Source: Lophium mytilinum
Taxonomy: Eukaryota
NCBI GenBank assembly: GCA_010093605.1
Contig: MU004193.1
Location: forward strand, 1,692,579-1,756,578
Length of the DNA: 64,000 nt
Direction of reading: 5' to 3'
This document shows, piece after piece, positions 46,836-58,728 of this stretch. The position numbers and the translations under genes are program-made. Under the pieces are notes generated by a model. That model was not told the origin of the DNA. It saw only the letters and a program-made list of their open reading frames with translations, and made no database searches. The number at the start of each line of letters is the position of its first letter. Within the stretch, counting starts at the first letter, position 1.

Positions 46836-49712
46836 ATGCCACCGGCCCTCGACCGGCTTCTCGCCAGCCCGTCTGCGTTGCGCGTCTTGAAAGCTCTCGT
46901 CGAGAATCCAAGTCTGCCCGCGGGATACTTCACGCCGACCGAATGCTGTCTGCGGATAGCTTCGAGGACGAGGAATCGCTCTAGCCATGCGGCGACAAAA
47001 GCATTGGAACATGGGAGTGAAGAGAGAAGGGCCGCAGAAGACTGTAAAGGGCAGAGTTCACCGTTCCAGCAAACCAAACTTTCAGCGTCGAAGAAAGAGC
47101 CAAGGCATACTACAGCAATTGGGAAGACGGACAGCGTTATTGGGGATGCGGGCTCATGCACTGTACGGATTCGACAATATAAGTTATCAGGCACGAAGGA
47201 GAAAGCAAGAGACGGAAGTGCATCTTGGGCGAAGAAATCTGTTCAGACAGTCGCGAACCCGCGGAAAGTCCGAACTCCAGGTTGCCGATATATAAAGCCG
47301 GTGGAGGGATGGAAAGCTACTGCTGTAGCTAGTATTGAGAATGTCAGCGCCTCATGGGCAGAATTCGACCGGCAGTCAGACGTTTCGCATCCTCTCCCAA
47401 CCGAATCCCTCACCGAGGACCTTGAGAGCTCAGACCAGGATGTTACGGATGCCGATAAGGGAACGAAGGTTGGATCTAGTGCCACCTTGTCAACAAGACC
47501 GCGCCGAATTCAGCTCAAAGTTGATACCCCGGAATACCGCTTGGACTTTGATTACTGGGTACAGTTGTTACAATTCCAGGAGAGGGCTCGCGGGCTTGAA
47601 GGGGTACGGGAGATTTGGAACGGGATGAGAGCGCGGGAGATCGATCTCCCCACAACAGGGTCCACTGCCCCCGTGCTTTGGGAAACTTTCGTCAAAGACT
47701 TCGACATTGTCGAAGAAGTAATTACCTACGCCTCAGGTTTGAAAATGAGAACCGGGTTAGAGTACGCGGGACTGTATGCAAGCTGCGTTGGGCACTGGCT
47801 TCCGCTTAAAGCTGTGGCGGCCTACAAATTCCACAAATCCTTGGTGGAGAAATTGGCTCCAAAGAAACGATCACTATGTGATGTCCTCCCCCGTTTAGCC
47901 AAAACTGCGAGGACGGGCCATTTCGACATACTCAGAAAGATCTATCTGGAAAACAGTGAACGAGACATCTACGATACATTCATCCCGACGTTGTATCAGA
48001 GAGACAAAACACGAGCCCAAGAATGGCACAATTTTTTGGTTGTGCACAAAGATCTCCCTTCTAGGTCCCTAGCTGGCAGTCCAATGGTTGAAGAACTTTC
48101 TGTTTATCGGAGCATATCTCTTCAGCAGACTCCGGCACGGAATCGAAGTCGAGACGAGCTTGTGATGCCTCCTGACAGTATCATTGACAGATTTTCACCA
48201 GACCGTCTGAGAGGCGCACAATCCCAAAAACCGGTATTCAACCGTGAGATCATGAGCAGGCTTCTCGGAGAATCCCACCACGTGAAGCCGAAGAAAGAGT
48301 TTGACGATTCATTCTGTGCGCGTCTCTTCGCTACCAGGGCGTTTTCTCCTGCTTCCGTCATAAAAGGGCTTGGCATGTTTGGTATCGAGGCAATTGGTCC
48401 ACTCGCTCTGAGAGAAATGGGTCTCCGGACACATCCGTTGAATGAGATGCCCCTAAGATTCAAAGAGCTCAAAGAAGCTGGTGTTACGATTGGCAGATCA
48501 GTCTTCTCTAAGGCCGTTGAAAAATTTACCGCTCAGAATAGATTAGACTTGGTTCGCGAGCTGCTAGAAAGCGATCAGCACCCGGACGTCCTTGAAGATA
48601 CCAAACTCCAAGAAGAGCTCCTGTTCTTCTTCATCTCGAAAGAGGACTGGAAACAAGTCCACCGCACCCTAGCCATCCTCACCATATTCCACGCGAACCC
48701 TAATGCCGAGTCATGGAATCTAATGCTGCGGGCTCATAGTAAAAACACCAGCGGCAGCGGGGTGGACCGCATTCTCAAAGACATGCATGCCAATGGGGTG
48801 GAAGTATCGCATCTATCTCTGAACCATCTGCACGCTAACATCCTCCGCCGGCGGAACCCATCTAAACGCCCTGTCTATCGCTACGGAGACCGCTTCGACG
48901 ATCTACGCTTCATCGCTAGAATCTGGCTCCGCATCCTGCAAAACGGCGGCCGTATAGAGCCATGGAGATGGCGCGAAATACTCCGCCGTTTCGGCATGAC
49001 GGGCCGTATCAGAGAGCTCCGGCGTCTTGTTCTTTGGCTCGCTGCTTGGTACTCTCCGCGCAAAGCCAACCAAACACTATCGGCATTTTCTTTACCTACA
49101 GCATCGGCGAGAGCACCTTATTTTGTACCTCTTAGCGTTCCCCCTTCGCACGCGACCCATCCGTACCAGAAACTCTTCCCCTCATCTTTCCAAGAGGCCC
49201 TGATAGAATGGGGCTTCAAGAGCGGGCTGGCGCACAACCCCAAGCGCGAGCGCACGATCTCACTTCGCAAAGGCATGCACCTACCGGCGAAGGTCAAACC
49301 TATCCGATGGACGGATGGGCTCGAGATCCTCGTTGAGCTCCGTGAACAAGGGGTCTTTGTTACGGACAGCACGGTCAAGAAAGCGATACAAACGCGAATC
49401 GTGATCTTGTATGGGCCGAATGTGTCGAATCGGAAGGAGAACCGGGTGGCGAGGAAAAACAATCCATGGATGTGGCAAGATATGATTAGAAGGGCGGAGG
49501 AGGTATGGGGAAAAAGGCTGTTTCAGTGGCCCGGAAGAGAGGAAGAGGAGAGCGAAGGTGGCGAAAGGTCCCAACAGATTGGGAAGAAGGTTGAAATAAT
49601 AAAGAAGAACCGGGAGAAGACCAAGCGTAATGATGGATCGTTCGGAAGCGAGTGGGTGTTGGAAAGCCAGCGGAGGGGCATGGAAGAACTGAGAGCCCTC
49701 TTGAGAAAATAG
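46836..49712 (+). CDS. Pentatricopeptide-repeat-like protein, probably mitochondrial
   Basis: Intronless 958-aa ORF; the N-terminus MPPALDRLLASPSALRVL resembles that of a conserved ascomycete PPR family; helical repeats such as ESWNLMLRAH...ILKDMHANGV. Confidence 0.75.
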   Translation: MPPALDRLLASPSALRVLKALVENPSLPAGYFTPTECCLRIASRTRNRSSHAATKALEHGSEERRAAEDCKGQSSPFQQTKLSASKKEPRHTTAIGKTDSVIGDAGSCTVRIRQYKLSGTKEKARDGSASWAKKSVQTVANPRKVRTPGCRYIKPVEGWKATAVASIENVSASWAEFDRQSDVSHPLPTESLTEDLESSDQDVTDADKGTKVGSSATLSTRPRRIQLKVDTPEYRLDFDYWVQLLQFQERARGLEGVREIWNGMRAREIDLPTTGSTAPVLWETFVKDFDIVEEVITYASGLKMRTGLEYAGLYASCVGHWLPLKAVAAYKFHKSLVEKLAPKKRSLCDVLPRLAKTARTGHFDILRKIYLENSERDIYDTFIPTLYQRDKTRAQEWHNFLVVHKDLPSRSLAGSPMVEELSVYRSISLQQTPARNRSRDELVMPPDSIIDRFSPDRLRGAQSQKPVFNREIMSRLLGESHHVKPKKEFDDSFCARLFATRAFSPASVIKGLGMFGIEAIGPLALREMGLRTHPLNEMPLRFKELKEAGVTIGRSVFSKAVEKFTAQNRLDLVRELLESDQHPDVLEDTKLQEELLFFFISKEDWKQVHRTLAILTIFHANPNAESWNLMLRAHSKNTSGSGVDRILKDMHANGVEVSHLSLNHLHANILRRRNPSKRPVYRYGDRFDDLRFIARIWLRILQNGGRIEPWRWREILRRFGMTGRIRELRRLVLWLAAWYSPRKANQTLSAFSLPTASARAPYFVPLSVPPSHATHPYQKLFPSSFQEALIEWGFKSGLAHNPKRERTISLRKGMHLPAKVKPIRWTDGLEILVELREQGVFVTDSTVKKAIQTRIVILYGPNVSNRKENRVARKNNPWMWQDMIRRAEEVWGKRLFQWPGREEEESEGGERSQQIGKKVEIIKKNREKTKRNDGSFGSEWVLESQRRGMEELRALLRK

Positions 49713-50256
49713 ACATGTAAGCATAGTGTAACTCAGGTCCTGGAGAGTCGGTAGCTACCCTTACCTGTACACACATCGAAAAGAGTTTGAATCCAAAGCT
49801 TGCATTCACTTCACGGATAGAGTGAAAGACTAGCCTGTATCCACCATCCACAGCATCATCTTCGGAGAATAACCAATCGCCCGAAACTGATATGAGAGTT
49901 TCATGAGGTTTCCTATTTGCTAATTGAAACATTAGCTTTACATTAAATCTAAGTGCAACCATTACGCCTGTTTACCACCGCGATTCTCCACTGTCAAGAT
50001 TCGCCCGTGCAACGCTACAGTCTATGCAATTCTCAAACCCTCAGAGTGAACGACTTGTACATGCTACAGACCGCCTAATATGCCCCTAGCCGTTTTCCGG
50101 GGACCTGCTAGCGCTCCAATAACACAGCCCCACCTCAACCAGCAGATACTCATCTGCTTCCAAAACTCCCACTAGGTAATTCCTATGGGCCGCCGGTCAT
50201 ACTAGACTAACTCTCAAGGTGCATGATGCCTTAGGACCCTATGTGATACTTCAACA

Positions 50257-51421
50257 ATGTTTGCGGCACAGGAATCCAGCTCTTTTGACGAAACCCTCGC
50301 CATGTGGGTGGCCGACCCCCATGCTCCCAAGGTATCTGTAAATGATTTGGGACTTGAGCACCGAGCAGCGCTCACAGAATTTTTGATGAAGATCTTTTCC
50401 ACGGAAACCGCCCAAGAGACCTACGCGCAGATCATCGAGGGTCTACCTCTCCTCAGGGTTTTTGAAGAATGTCCTAATGTTACCAAGCGGGAAGATCTCA
50501 TTGCGCATGAACATCTAAGTTCGGATTCAATTACAATTTGGAAGAAGTTTGAGGACAACTTTAAAGTCGACATCTTACAGTTCGATGCTAAGGTTTGTGG
50601 CCTTTTCTGAGCCATCCTCAGCTTCTGACCAATACGTGCAGACTGTACAAGCATATCAAAACACCGTTATCGGCTCGAGAGAGTACAAACTACGCCTACT
50701 AGAAATGATCGCAGTGGCTTGCCACAGCATCGCAGCACTTCTATACAAAGAGGTGAAAGGCGACGCGATACCAACAGAGCGAAGCCTGTATCAACCGCCA
50801 CCCATTACATATCCACCCAGCTACGACGGCACAATAAGGAAACCCGTAGCTCGTCCGCCTTACCTAGTCCTTCCAACTGATTTCTATCACATGTCGTATC
50901 AAGCGATAGAGCAGTACCCTGACGGCATCGCAAACGTTGTCGGATACTGGGCCGAGCTGCGAATTTTTGGAGGCGTAGTGGTATTCGATAGAGGGGAGAG
51001 TGGGGAAGAGGTTCGTGACATCCCAATTCAACAGCACTAAGGAGAGCAACCCTCACTCCCTAGTATCTGTCCTAACTCTTCAAACACTTAGTGCAAAGAC
51101 GCATTTCTGCACCCGCAACCCCACCGGCGCATGATGCACCAGCTTCACGACCACCAGATCGACCAACTTGACAATTTTAAATCTGTCAAACGAGAAGGCT
51201 CCTTGGAAGGTGTAGAAACAATGTTACCACCTCTCCCGTTTCAGAACGAGCGCTATTCGAGACGATTAGACGAGTGGGAAGCCTTGGGCCAGCATATATT
51301 CAGGGACATGTACGAGCGGAGGTGGGATGCTCCTCCTCCTCAACGCTGTGTCAGGTCGGGCGAGGATGTTCCAGAGCTTCAGGATGCTGTGCAGAAATTG
51401 CGTAACGAAGGCCAATTATAA
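50257..51421 (+). CDS. Conserved fungal hypothetical protein (paralog B)
   Basis: Same motifs and intron positions as paralog A (FDAK| intron 50593-50641; GEE| intron about 51012-51091). Confidence 0.85.
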
Positions 51422-52618
51422 ATAGGCGTTGAGTCGTCGTTACGTGTTTCAGCTCACCTGGAGCGATTTGTCGAAGCTGCCTGTGTTTGATATGGTAAAC
51501 TGACGCCAATCCTCGTATAGATATTCTGCATGGTCTAGATACGGCCTTCTTGGGGTCCTGGTCAACGATGGAGCGAGCTCTACTATTACCGTTCGCTGCT
51601 ATATCATTCCCCGTCCAGATTTGCCCTTCACTTGCTACTTCGCAGGATCAACATGACTCTGCTTTGAGACTTTAAACCACTACGCCCAAGCCATCGTGCT
51701 CTTTCGCCTGCAGGGGCGCAGTCATGGCAGTGTCCATTCCTGGGACAGCCCATCGATGATTCTTTTAGTGACGAGTGCGACGGGAGATGCGACCCCATGG
51801 ACGAAAAGTGTTTTGTGGTGATATAGGCGCGATTGTAGCGAATTTGGGAAAGCGTGAGACGGCAGTGGTCAAGTTGAAGGTTGATGCGTTCTCGGGATGG
51901 GGGGACTGCGGAAGTGCTCAACCATGGCAACCTTATCAAGATGTATTGTTTTACCTCAGACGTGAAGGCGTCTCGTGAATAGACTGAGCAGTAATGAAAT
52001 TAAAGGCTTCACTACATGACTTGTTGCCGACAGAAGTGAAAGACGTCCGATTGAAAAGGAGATACTACGGCTTCCCTCTGAACTTCCGCCCTCATGTGCT
52101 CTTGAGTTACACATATTTAGGTAGCAAAGTAATTAGCCTTGAAGTTTAGAATGCGCTATTGCTATGTTGTCGCTGCATGCTGAGGACCTCTACAGCCGTG
52201 AAACAAGCAAATTGGGGCCAACGCGATTCTCAGCTTCTCTTCGCGGACTACTTCATTGGGCACAAAGACCTTCTTCGCAATGTTTGCGGTCTAACATGTT
52301 TGAGATGATCCAAACCGGGTGGTTGAAGATGGACGATGAGATGAACGCCGAATTAGGATTAGGGCGAATGAGTTCCCGCCGTTTCGTCACCACTGGGGCA
52401 TCTCCGCCGGCAAGCCGAGCGACTTTTGCTTGCCCAGGAGACTCCGCAACACCACAAATCAACCACCACAACCCTCCAAGCTCCCAACCTCCCTCTATTT
52501 GTGCCCTCTTGCGTGCTGTGTCAATGTCTCCACACAGAGGCAGCTGAGCACAAAACCCTCCAACAGCTAGATACCCCATCGATACGACTGCAGGGTTCCT
52601 CACATCCGCGCCGGAGCC

Positions 52619-55089
52619 ATGCGCGGCTCAACCATCGTCCTCAACAAGGCCTGGAACAGCCCTGGGAATGGAGCTCTCTTTTCCAAGATAATACAACGCC
52701 CAATTGCCCCAGCCCATGCCTCGCTGCCCTCCTTCCGCCAACACACGACGTCAACCGCGCTCGCAAACGCCCCGCGACGCCCACCTCTTCAACTCTCGCC
52801 GCGGATCCAGCCTACCTCAATTGCCGGTATTCCTAAATCGACGCTGCTTCCATCGCGGAGGGCATTCTCGATATCAAGAGCATTGGCTGAGGAGCAGCGG
52901 ACATCGCCGCCGGAGAAGCGCAAGCCCAAGTCCTACCGGGACGAGATAAAGGAAAAGGGCATAATCAACATCGAAGAGCATGATCACGAGGAGGAGGTAG
53001 GATTCGCGAAGTCAGAAAAGGCAACCCAGGCGCTGCAGGTCAACCTGAGCGCCAAGCTGAGCAAAGATGGATCAGGGCCGGGCAAACCGGGGAGCATGAG
53101 CGAGGTATGGCGGTTGATCAAGATTGCGCGGCCGGAGCTGGGGACGCTGGGATGGGCCTTTGTGTTCCTGCTCATTTCGTCGGGTGTGTCACTCTCGGTG
53201 CCGTTCTCGATTGGAAAGATTCTGGACATTGCGACCAAGGCAGAGGGATCGACCGACACGCTTTTTGGGCTGGATATGTCTACCTTCTACCTAGTCTTGG
53301 GAGGCGTACTGGCGACTGGAGCGGCGGCGAACTTTGGCCGCATCATCATTCTCAGGGTTGTGGGCGAGAGGATCGTGGCGAGATTGAGGTCGCAGCTGTA
53401 CAGGAAGACGTTTGTACAGAATGCGGAGTTCTTTGATGCGAACCGCGTTGGAGATTTGATCTCGAGATTGGGGTCGGATACTATCATCGTCGGCAAGAGC
53501 ATTACGCAGAACCTATCGGACGGCCTTCGGTCGGTTGTCAGTGGAGCTGCTGGATTCGCCATGATGGGATGGGTGAGCTTGCAGCTAACGGGCATTCTCG
53601 CTCTCGTTGGACCGCCGGTTGCAGTGGCTGCATTCATCTCAGGACGGATGCTTCGCAACATCAGTCGCAAGATCCAGAAGAACCTCGGATCCATGACGAA
53701 AGTCGCTGAAGAGAGATTGGGCAATGTTAGGACCAGTCAGGCATTTGCGGGAGAACAACAAGAAGTTAGTCGATACAACCGTCAGATCAGGAGAGTGTTC
53801 GACCTGGGCAAACGGGAGGCTCTGGTTGCCGCTACGTTCTATGGAAGCACTGGACTAATGGGCAACCTGACGGTCATCGCTGTTCTTTACGTCGGCGGCA
53901 GTATGGTCAAATCAGGAGCAATCACCATTGGAGAGCTATCATCTTTCTTGATGTACACAGCGTATGCTGGGTCCAGCATGGTCGGCCTCTCCGGCTTCTG
54001 GGGAGAGATGATGAAAGGAGTTGGAGCAGCGAGTCGACTTTTCGAGCTCCAGGACCGCAACCCAACCATATCACCGACTGTCGGGGAGCCCGTCAAATCT
54101 GCCCAAGGCCCGATCGAGTTCAAGAACGTGTCCTTCAGCTACCCTACCCGACCTGCTGTCACCATTTTCAGGGATCTCAATTTCACTATTCAGCCGGGTA
54201 CCAACGTCGCCATCGTCGCGCCCAGTGGAGCCGGAAAGTCTACAGTCGCCAGTCTGCTTCTTCGATTCTACATTCCCAACACTGGCCAGATCTTGATCGA
54301 CGGTCGGGACATCACGAAGCTGAACGCCAAACAGCTGCGGAGGAAGATCGGTTTCGTGGGTCAGGAGCCTGTACTCTTCTCTGGGACCATCGCGGAGAAC
54401 ATCGCATATGGTGTGCCGCACGCCACCCGCACTGAGATCGTCACTGCCGCCCGCAAGGCGAATTGCCAATTTATTGGTGATTTCGTAAGTGTCTCTCATT
54501 GGTATATTTCTTTATCACACTGACATGTTCTAGCCCGATGGACTTGAAACCCACGTCGGAGCCCGCGGCACCCAGCTTTCAGGCGGCCAGAAACAGCGCA
54601 TTGCCATCGCCCGCGCGCTGATCAAGCAACCCGACATCCTCATCCTCGACGAAGCAACCAGTATGCACCCTTCCTTTACTCACTTCGTCGCTCTACTAAC
54701 ACCTCATAGGTGCCCTCGACGCTGAGTCTGAGACCCTCGTCAATCAAGCCCTCGGCGTGCTCCTCCGCGAGCAAAACACGACCATTAGCATCGCACATCG
54801 TCTCTCCACGATCAAGCGCTCTGATCGTGTCATCGTCATTTCGGCTGACGGCGACGTCGCTGAGGAGGGCACGTACCGCGAGCTCGCGAATAACCCAGAC
54901 GGGGCGTTCACGAAGCTGATGGAGTGGCAGATTAGTGGGGGCGAAGGAGAAGATAGGGAACTGGTGGTCAAAGGGCCAAAGGTCAGCGAGGAGGAGGAGA
55001 TTGAGGCGGATTTGGAGCAAACTGATGAGGACGAGGCTGTAGAGGTGCCTAAGAGCCAGAAGGGAGGCAAAAGGGATGGAAAGCGGTAG
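52619..55089 (+). CDS. MDL1: Mitochondrial ABC half-transporter, ABCB10/MDL1 family
   Basis: R/S-rich presequence, TMD ([24 protein letters not shown]), Walker [11 protein letters not shown]-loop [36 protein letters not shown]; two introns near 54485-54709. Confidence 0.93.
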
Positions 55090-55547
55090 ACGAGGATTCC
55101 CCGGAGAGGCGGTGAAGCGCGACCCGTCTTATTTTCGTGGAGAAAGTAAAGTGCAGGGGCAGGGTATTGGAGGCTCAGCGGGATCAGATCAGCGCCGCCT
55201 GATGTGCGCGCCATGACCCGCATTTTTGGCAGGATATTTTCCCGTTGCCTCTTTCGTGATTGCATAGCTGGTGTTTCGGGCTCTGGAGATGGGGCGAGTT
55301 GGTGAGCGAAGGCGGGCTAGAGGTGTGTATATTAGGTCTCTACTCCCCCAGCGCATGGGATTAGTTTGTCGAATTGCCATCAGCAGTTTCGAAAATACGC
55401 ATAATCACCACTACCACTACTACCAATACTGCCGTTACTATCATCTGCATATCTGCACGCCATTCCAACCTCAAACTCAATTCATTTCACGTCTCGGTAT
55501 TACAAGGTCATCGCAACTCTAGAGCCCGCAGCATCTGAGAAGCCAAA

Positions 55548-55784
55548 ATGCCTACCACACAAACTTCCAGCCACCGCTTCGCACATCCCAACTTTGTCAA
55601 CGTCGAGACGTTCACGACATACAGACCACCAATCCATTCGACCCCGTTCCGGAAACCGGAGTGGGTGGACTTGAGTAAGACGATGGAGATCCCGGATCTG
55701 CACACGCCGGATGAAGAGCGGAAAGAGGAGGAGACGACGCAGAGGAAGGAGGGAGAGACGGTAGAGGGCGCGAAAGGGTCGTGA
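55548..55784 (+). CDS. Small hypothetical protein
   Basis: 78-aa ORF with a good start context (gccaaaATG) and an acidic/charged C-terminus. Confidence 0.35.
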   Translation: MPTTQTSSHRFAHPNFVNVETFTTYRPPIHSTPFRKPEWVDLSKTMEIPDLHTPDEERKEEETTQRKEGETVEGAKGS

Positions 55785-56572
55785 GTTCGGGAGACGCATG
55801 TTGAGGGATATGGGCTTAGATCGCGTACGCATATGGAGCTACTTCTGGTTCAGAACTGAAGCGAAGGGAATGGGCGTTTTCTGCTGGTATCTGCTTGATG
55901 TCTACTCGGGTATAGAGTATGGGACTAGCTAGAACTTTTGGGCTGGAAGATATCGGACTGGATTTGAAGTCCCTGGGGAGTAGGGAGGGATTCACGTCAG
56001 ATATGTCCTTCAACTGGTGGCTGTAAGAGCCTGGGACTTGAATGTATAATTATAAATGGGTTCTATACGCATCATGAAACGAGCGTGATGTTCATGCCAG
56101 CCAGGAGCTGGAGTTGGCTATTTGCGCATTTCTCGAGGTGTCTGTCAGAATATTAGAATACTCCACGATTTCCGTGCTGATCTGCAGTGTTAAAGGGTGT
56201 TTTAAAGTCCGATCGCCAAAATCTTCCTCGGGCTCCCAAGGGATGGCTTTCATTCTGATTCTCAGCCTTGCGCGCAAAGTTGACAGCTCGCACGGGCCTT
56301 TTGTATTGCGCCCTGAATTGACACCTCGCACGGACGGCTGGGGTTCGACCAATCATATAGCTCTGATCATCTATAAACAACTTCTCCTTTCGGCAACGCG
56401 TGGCGTGGTGGGTGGGGTGAACCAGTTGCTCGGGTGGACCGTGAGCTTACGCAATATTCAAGTCCTGGTGTTGGATGTTGTATATAAATGAAGGCATGCC
56501 CGCCATTCGTTGCTGCTGGAACATACGCTTTCGCAAGCACAAACCAGTCAATCTCTCCAAAAGAACGGAACG

Positions 56573-57307
56573 ATGGATCCAATTGTCTTCACACCACGCT
56601 TGAAGCTGACTCTGGTCACCAAGACGGAGCGAGGGAGTCTGGAGCTCGAATGGATGCACGATCTGCGTAGTGATGAAAAGGCTTCGGCCTGGAGGTAAAC
56701 ATTATCCCTTCCGTGTCTTCCGCGACTGACCTTTCCCAGCATATCCGGCTGTTCAAAGACCATCGAAGATACTGAACAAATCATGAAAGGCCTTCTACCC
56801 ACCGCCAAAGGAGAGCAAAAAGCATATAGAGTGGCCTATGCCGTACACGAGATCCTCGAGCCCACGAGTGGTGCCGACATAGAGCAAGCAAAGAAAGCGA
56901 CCAAGTTCATCGGCCTCGTGACTTTGAAATCGTTCCCCGTGGGTGGCCTCGTGTTGCCAGAAGAGTTCGTGCTCCCGGCGGCGGCAGCGACTACGATACT
57001 GACGGTCGAGCTGGCGTACTCGTTCTTACCCGCCGCATGGGGTAGAGGGTATGCGACGGAGTCGTTGCAGGCGTTGTTCGAGGCTGGTAAAAGGGGGCGG
57101 GCGTTTTGGGCACCTTTCGAGAAGGTTTATGTGCGGGTGATTGTGAATGAGGGGAATCCGGCGAGTCAGCGAGTAATGGAGAAGATGGAGAAGAGTGGGA
57201 TGAAGAAGAGGGGGGTTTATGAGTTGGATCATAAACCATTTTTTCTGGGTGGAGAGTGGGTGGAGCACAGTAGTTTGCATATTTTTGGGGTGCACTTGCT
57301 GGAATGA
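56573..57307 (+). CDS. GNAT acetyltransferase (RimJ/RimL-like)
   Basis: IVFTPRLKL, ELAYSFLPAAWGRGYATE (acetyl-CoA motif), NPASQRVMEK; intron 56695-56739; TATA box at 56481. Confidence 0.9.
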
Positions 57308-58477
57308 TGGGTGAGGTTTTGGTAGTGGCGAGTGACGGGGTGGGGTGGTGGTAATGACCAGGTTGTGTGATGCATAACTCTTGAGTGGAGATGTAGATGT
57401 CTGCGTGGGGGTTTGTTAAGCAAGTGCTAAGAATGTTTGGAAATATAGATTGCGATTGGATGTCATTAAATGCAACATTTGTTTCTCTATTCCTTTGTGC
57501 TTTGAAACGAGTAGAACGCGTGACGATGCACCCAGTAGCATCCAAACCTCAAAGATGAACCCAAGCGCCAAAGCTTTCTAAAGAGTGGAACTAGAAAGTC
57601 GGGAAATCCCGCCAGGACGGGAATTTCCAAGCAAGTCAATGGGATTCGCAAGACAAATTAGCGGAACCTAGTCCGCAACCCTACGGCTTGGTAAGGACAG
57701 GCGTGTGGCTGTTCCTGCATGTGACACGAAAAGTGGATGACAGATTATCGACGGAGAGGCTGATATATTGCTAGATGAGGACACGAAAGCTGAGTGGTGG
57801 CTGATGAATTATGTGATGATAGCCCAGTAAGATAATGCACTGTCCGGAAGTGAATGCTGTCATGGGCAATTGGGTCCGGATGACGAGAGAGGGGCAGCAC
57901 GACATTCGAACGACATTATTCCGGGTCGCTGCCCAGCCGAAGCAGAGGGACAGTTGGAAGGACGCAGAGGCTCGACCAGCTCCCCAGCTCCCCACTCCCC
58001 ATCGGTGTGGAAAGTCGGCGGAAATGCATTGGGCGTTATCAGCAGATACAGACAGGCGTTGGGACAGCAGCCGGCACCGTCAGCCGAGGAGCGCCAGAGA
58101 GGAGCGGTAAGACGCGGTTGCATTTCGTTGCGGGTGGTGAGAGAAGGGCCCGGAAGCGTCTTCGGCAGGCAAAAGCGTCCGGACGGCTGGCCTCCGCTGT
58201 CGGTCTGCTGGGTAGTGGTGGTTGGTCAGTTCTGAGCAATTGAATCATCGTGCGGGCTCCAACAAGACTGGCTCCAACCCCATATCAACCGGGAACCACC
58301 ACCTCGACATCATCTCCCGCCATCTGCCCTATTCCTACCCACCGACCTCCAATTCACCAGTTCGCATTCCCTCCCACCGTGTCGTTGCTTAGCCGGACCC
58401 GATTCACAGTCGCGCGGGGGGCGCCGACGTTGTTCTCGCTCTCGCCACCCTTGCGGCGCTGCAGCCATCGCGAATTC

Positions 58478-58510
58478 GATCTGATAAAAAGTAAGCCCAA
58501 AATCTGATAA
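58478..58510 (+). promoter_or_regulatory. Tandem ATCWGATAA boxes (SreA/Sre1 iron-repressor consensus)
   Basis: GATCTGATAA at 58478-58487 and AATCTGATAA at 58501-58510, about 220-250 bp upstream of the reductase ATG. Confidence 0.6.
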
Positions 58511-58728
58511 CAACTGCACTCAAAAACTCCCGTCGCACTTCTCCGCATCCCGCGGGGGGAGAATATTCTGCCCGCCAGATCAATGCAGCTTTTCCTCCCA
58601 CACCCTTCATTGACCCCTTAACAAGACGCCCTCGCTGACCATGGCGCTCCGTCCATCTAGCCTCGTTCTTTGTCGCCAGCACCTCCTTCTCCCGCACACT
58701 CTCCAAACTCCCACCCTTACAGCCCACC

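Noticed and set aside
57601..57630. Imperfect inverted repeat GGAAATCCCG...CGGGAATTTCC
   Set aside because: Short, single and imperfect; no function can be assigned.
58491..58660. TPP riboswitch in the putative 5'UTR intron
   Set aside because: The conserved aptamer elements (CTGAGA and the P4/P5 consensus) are not present.
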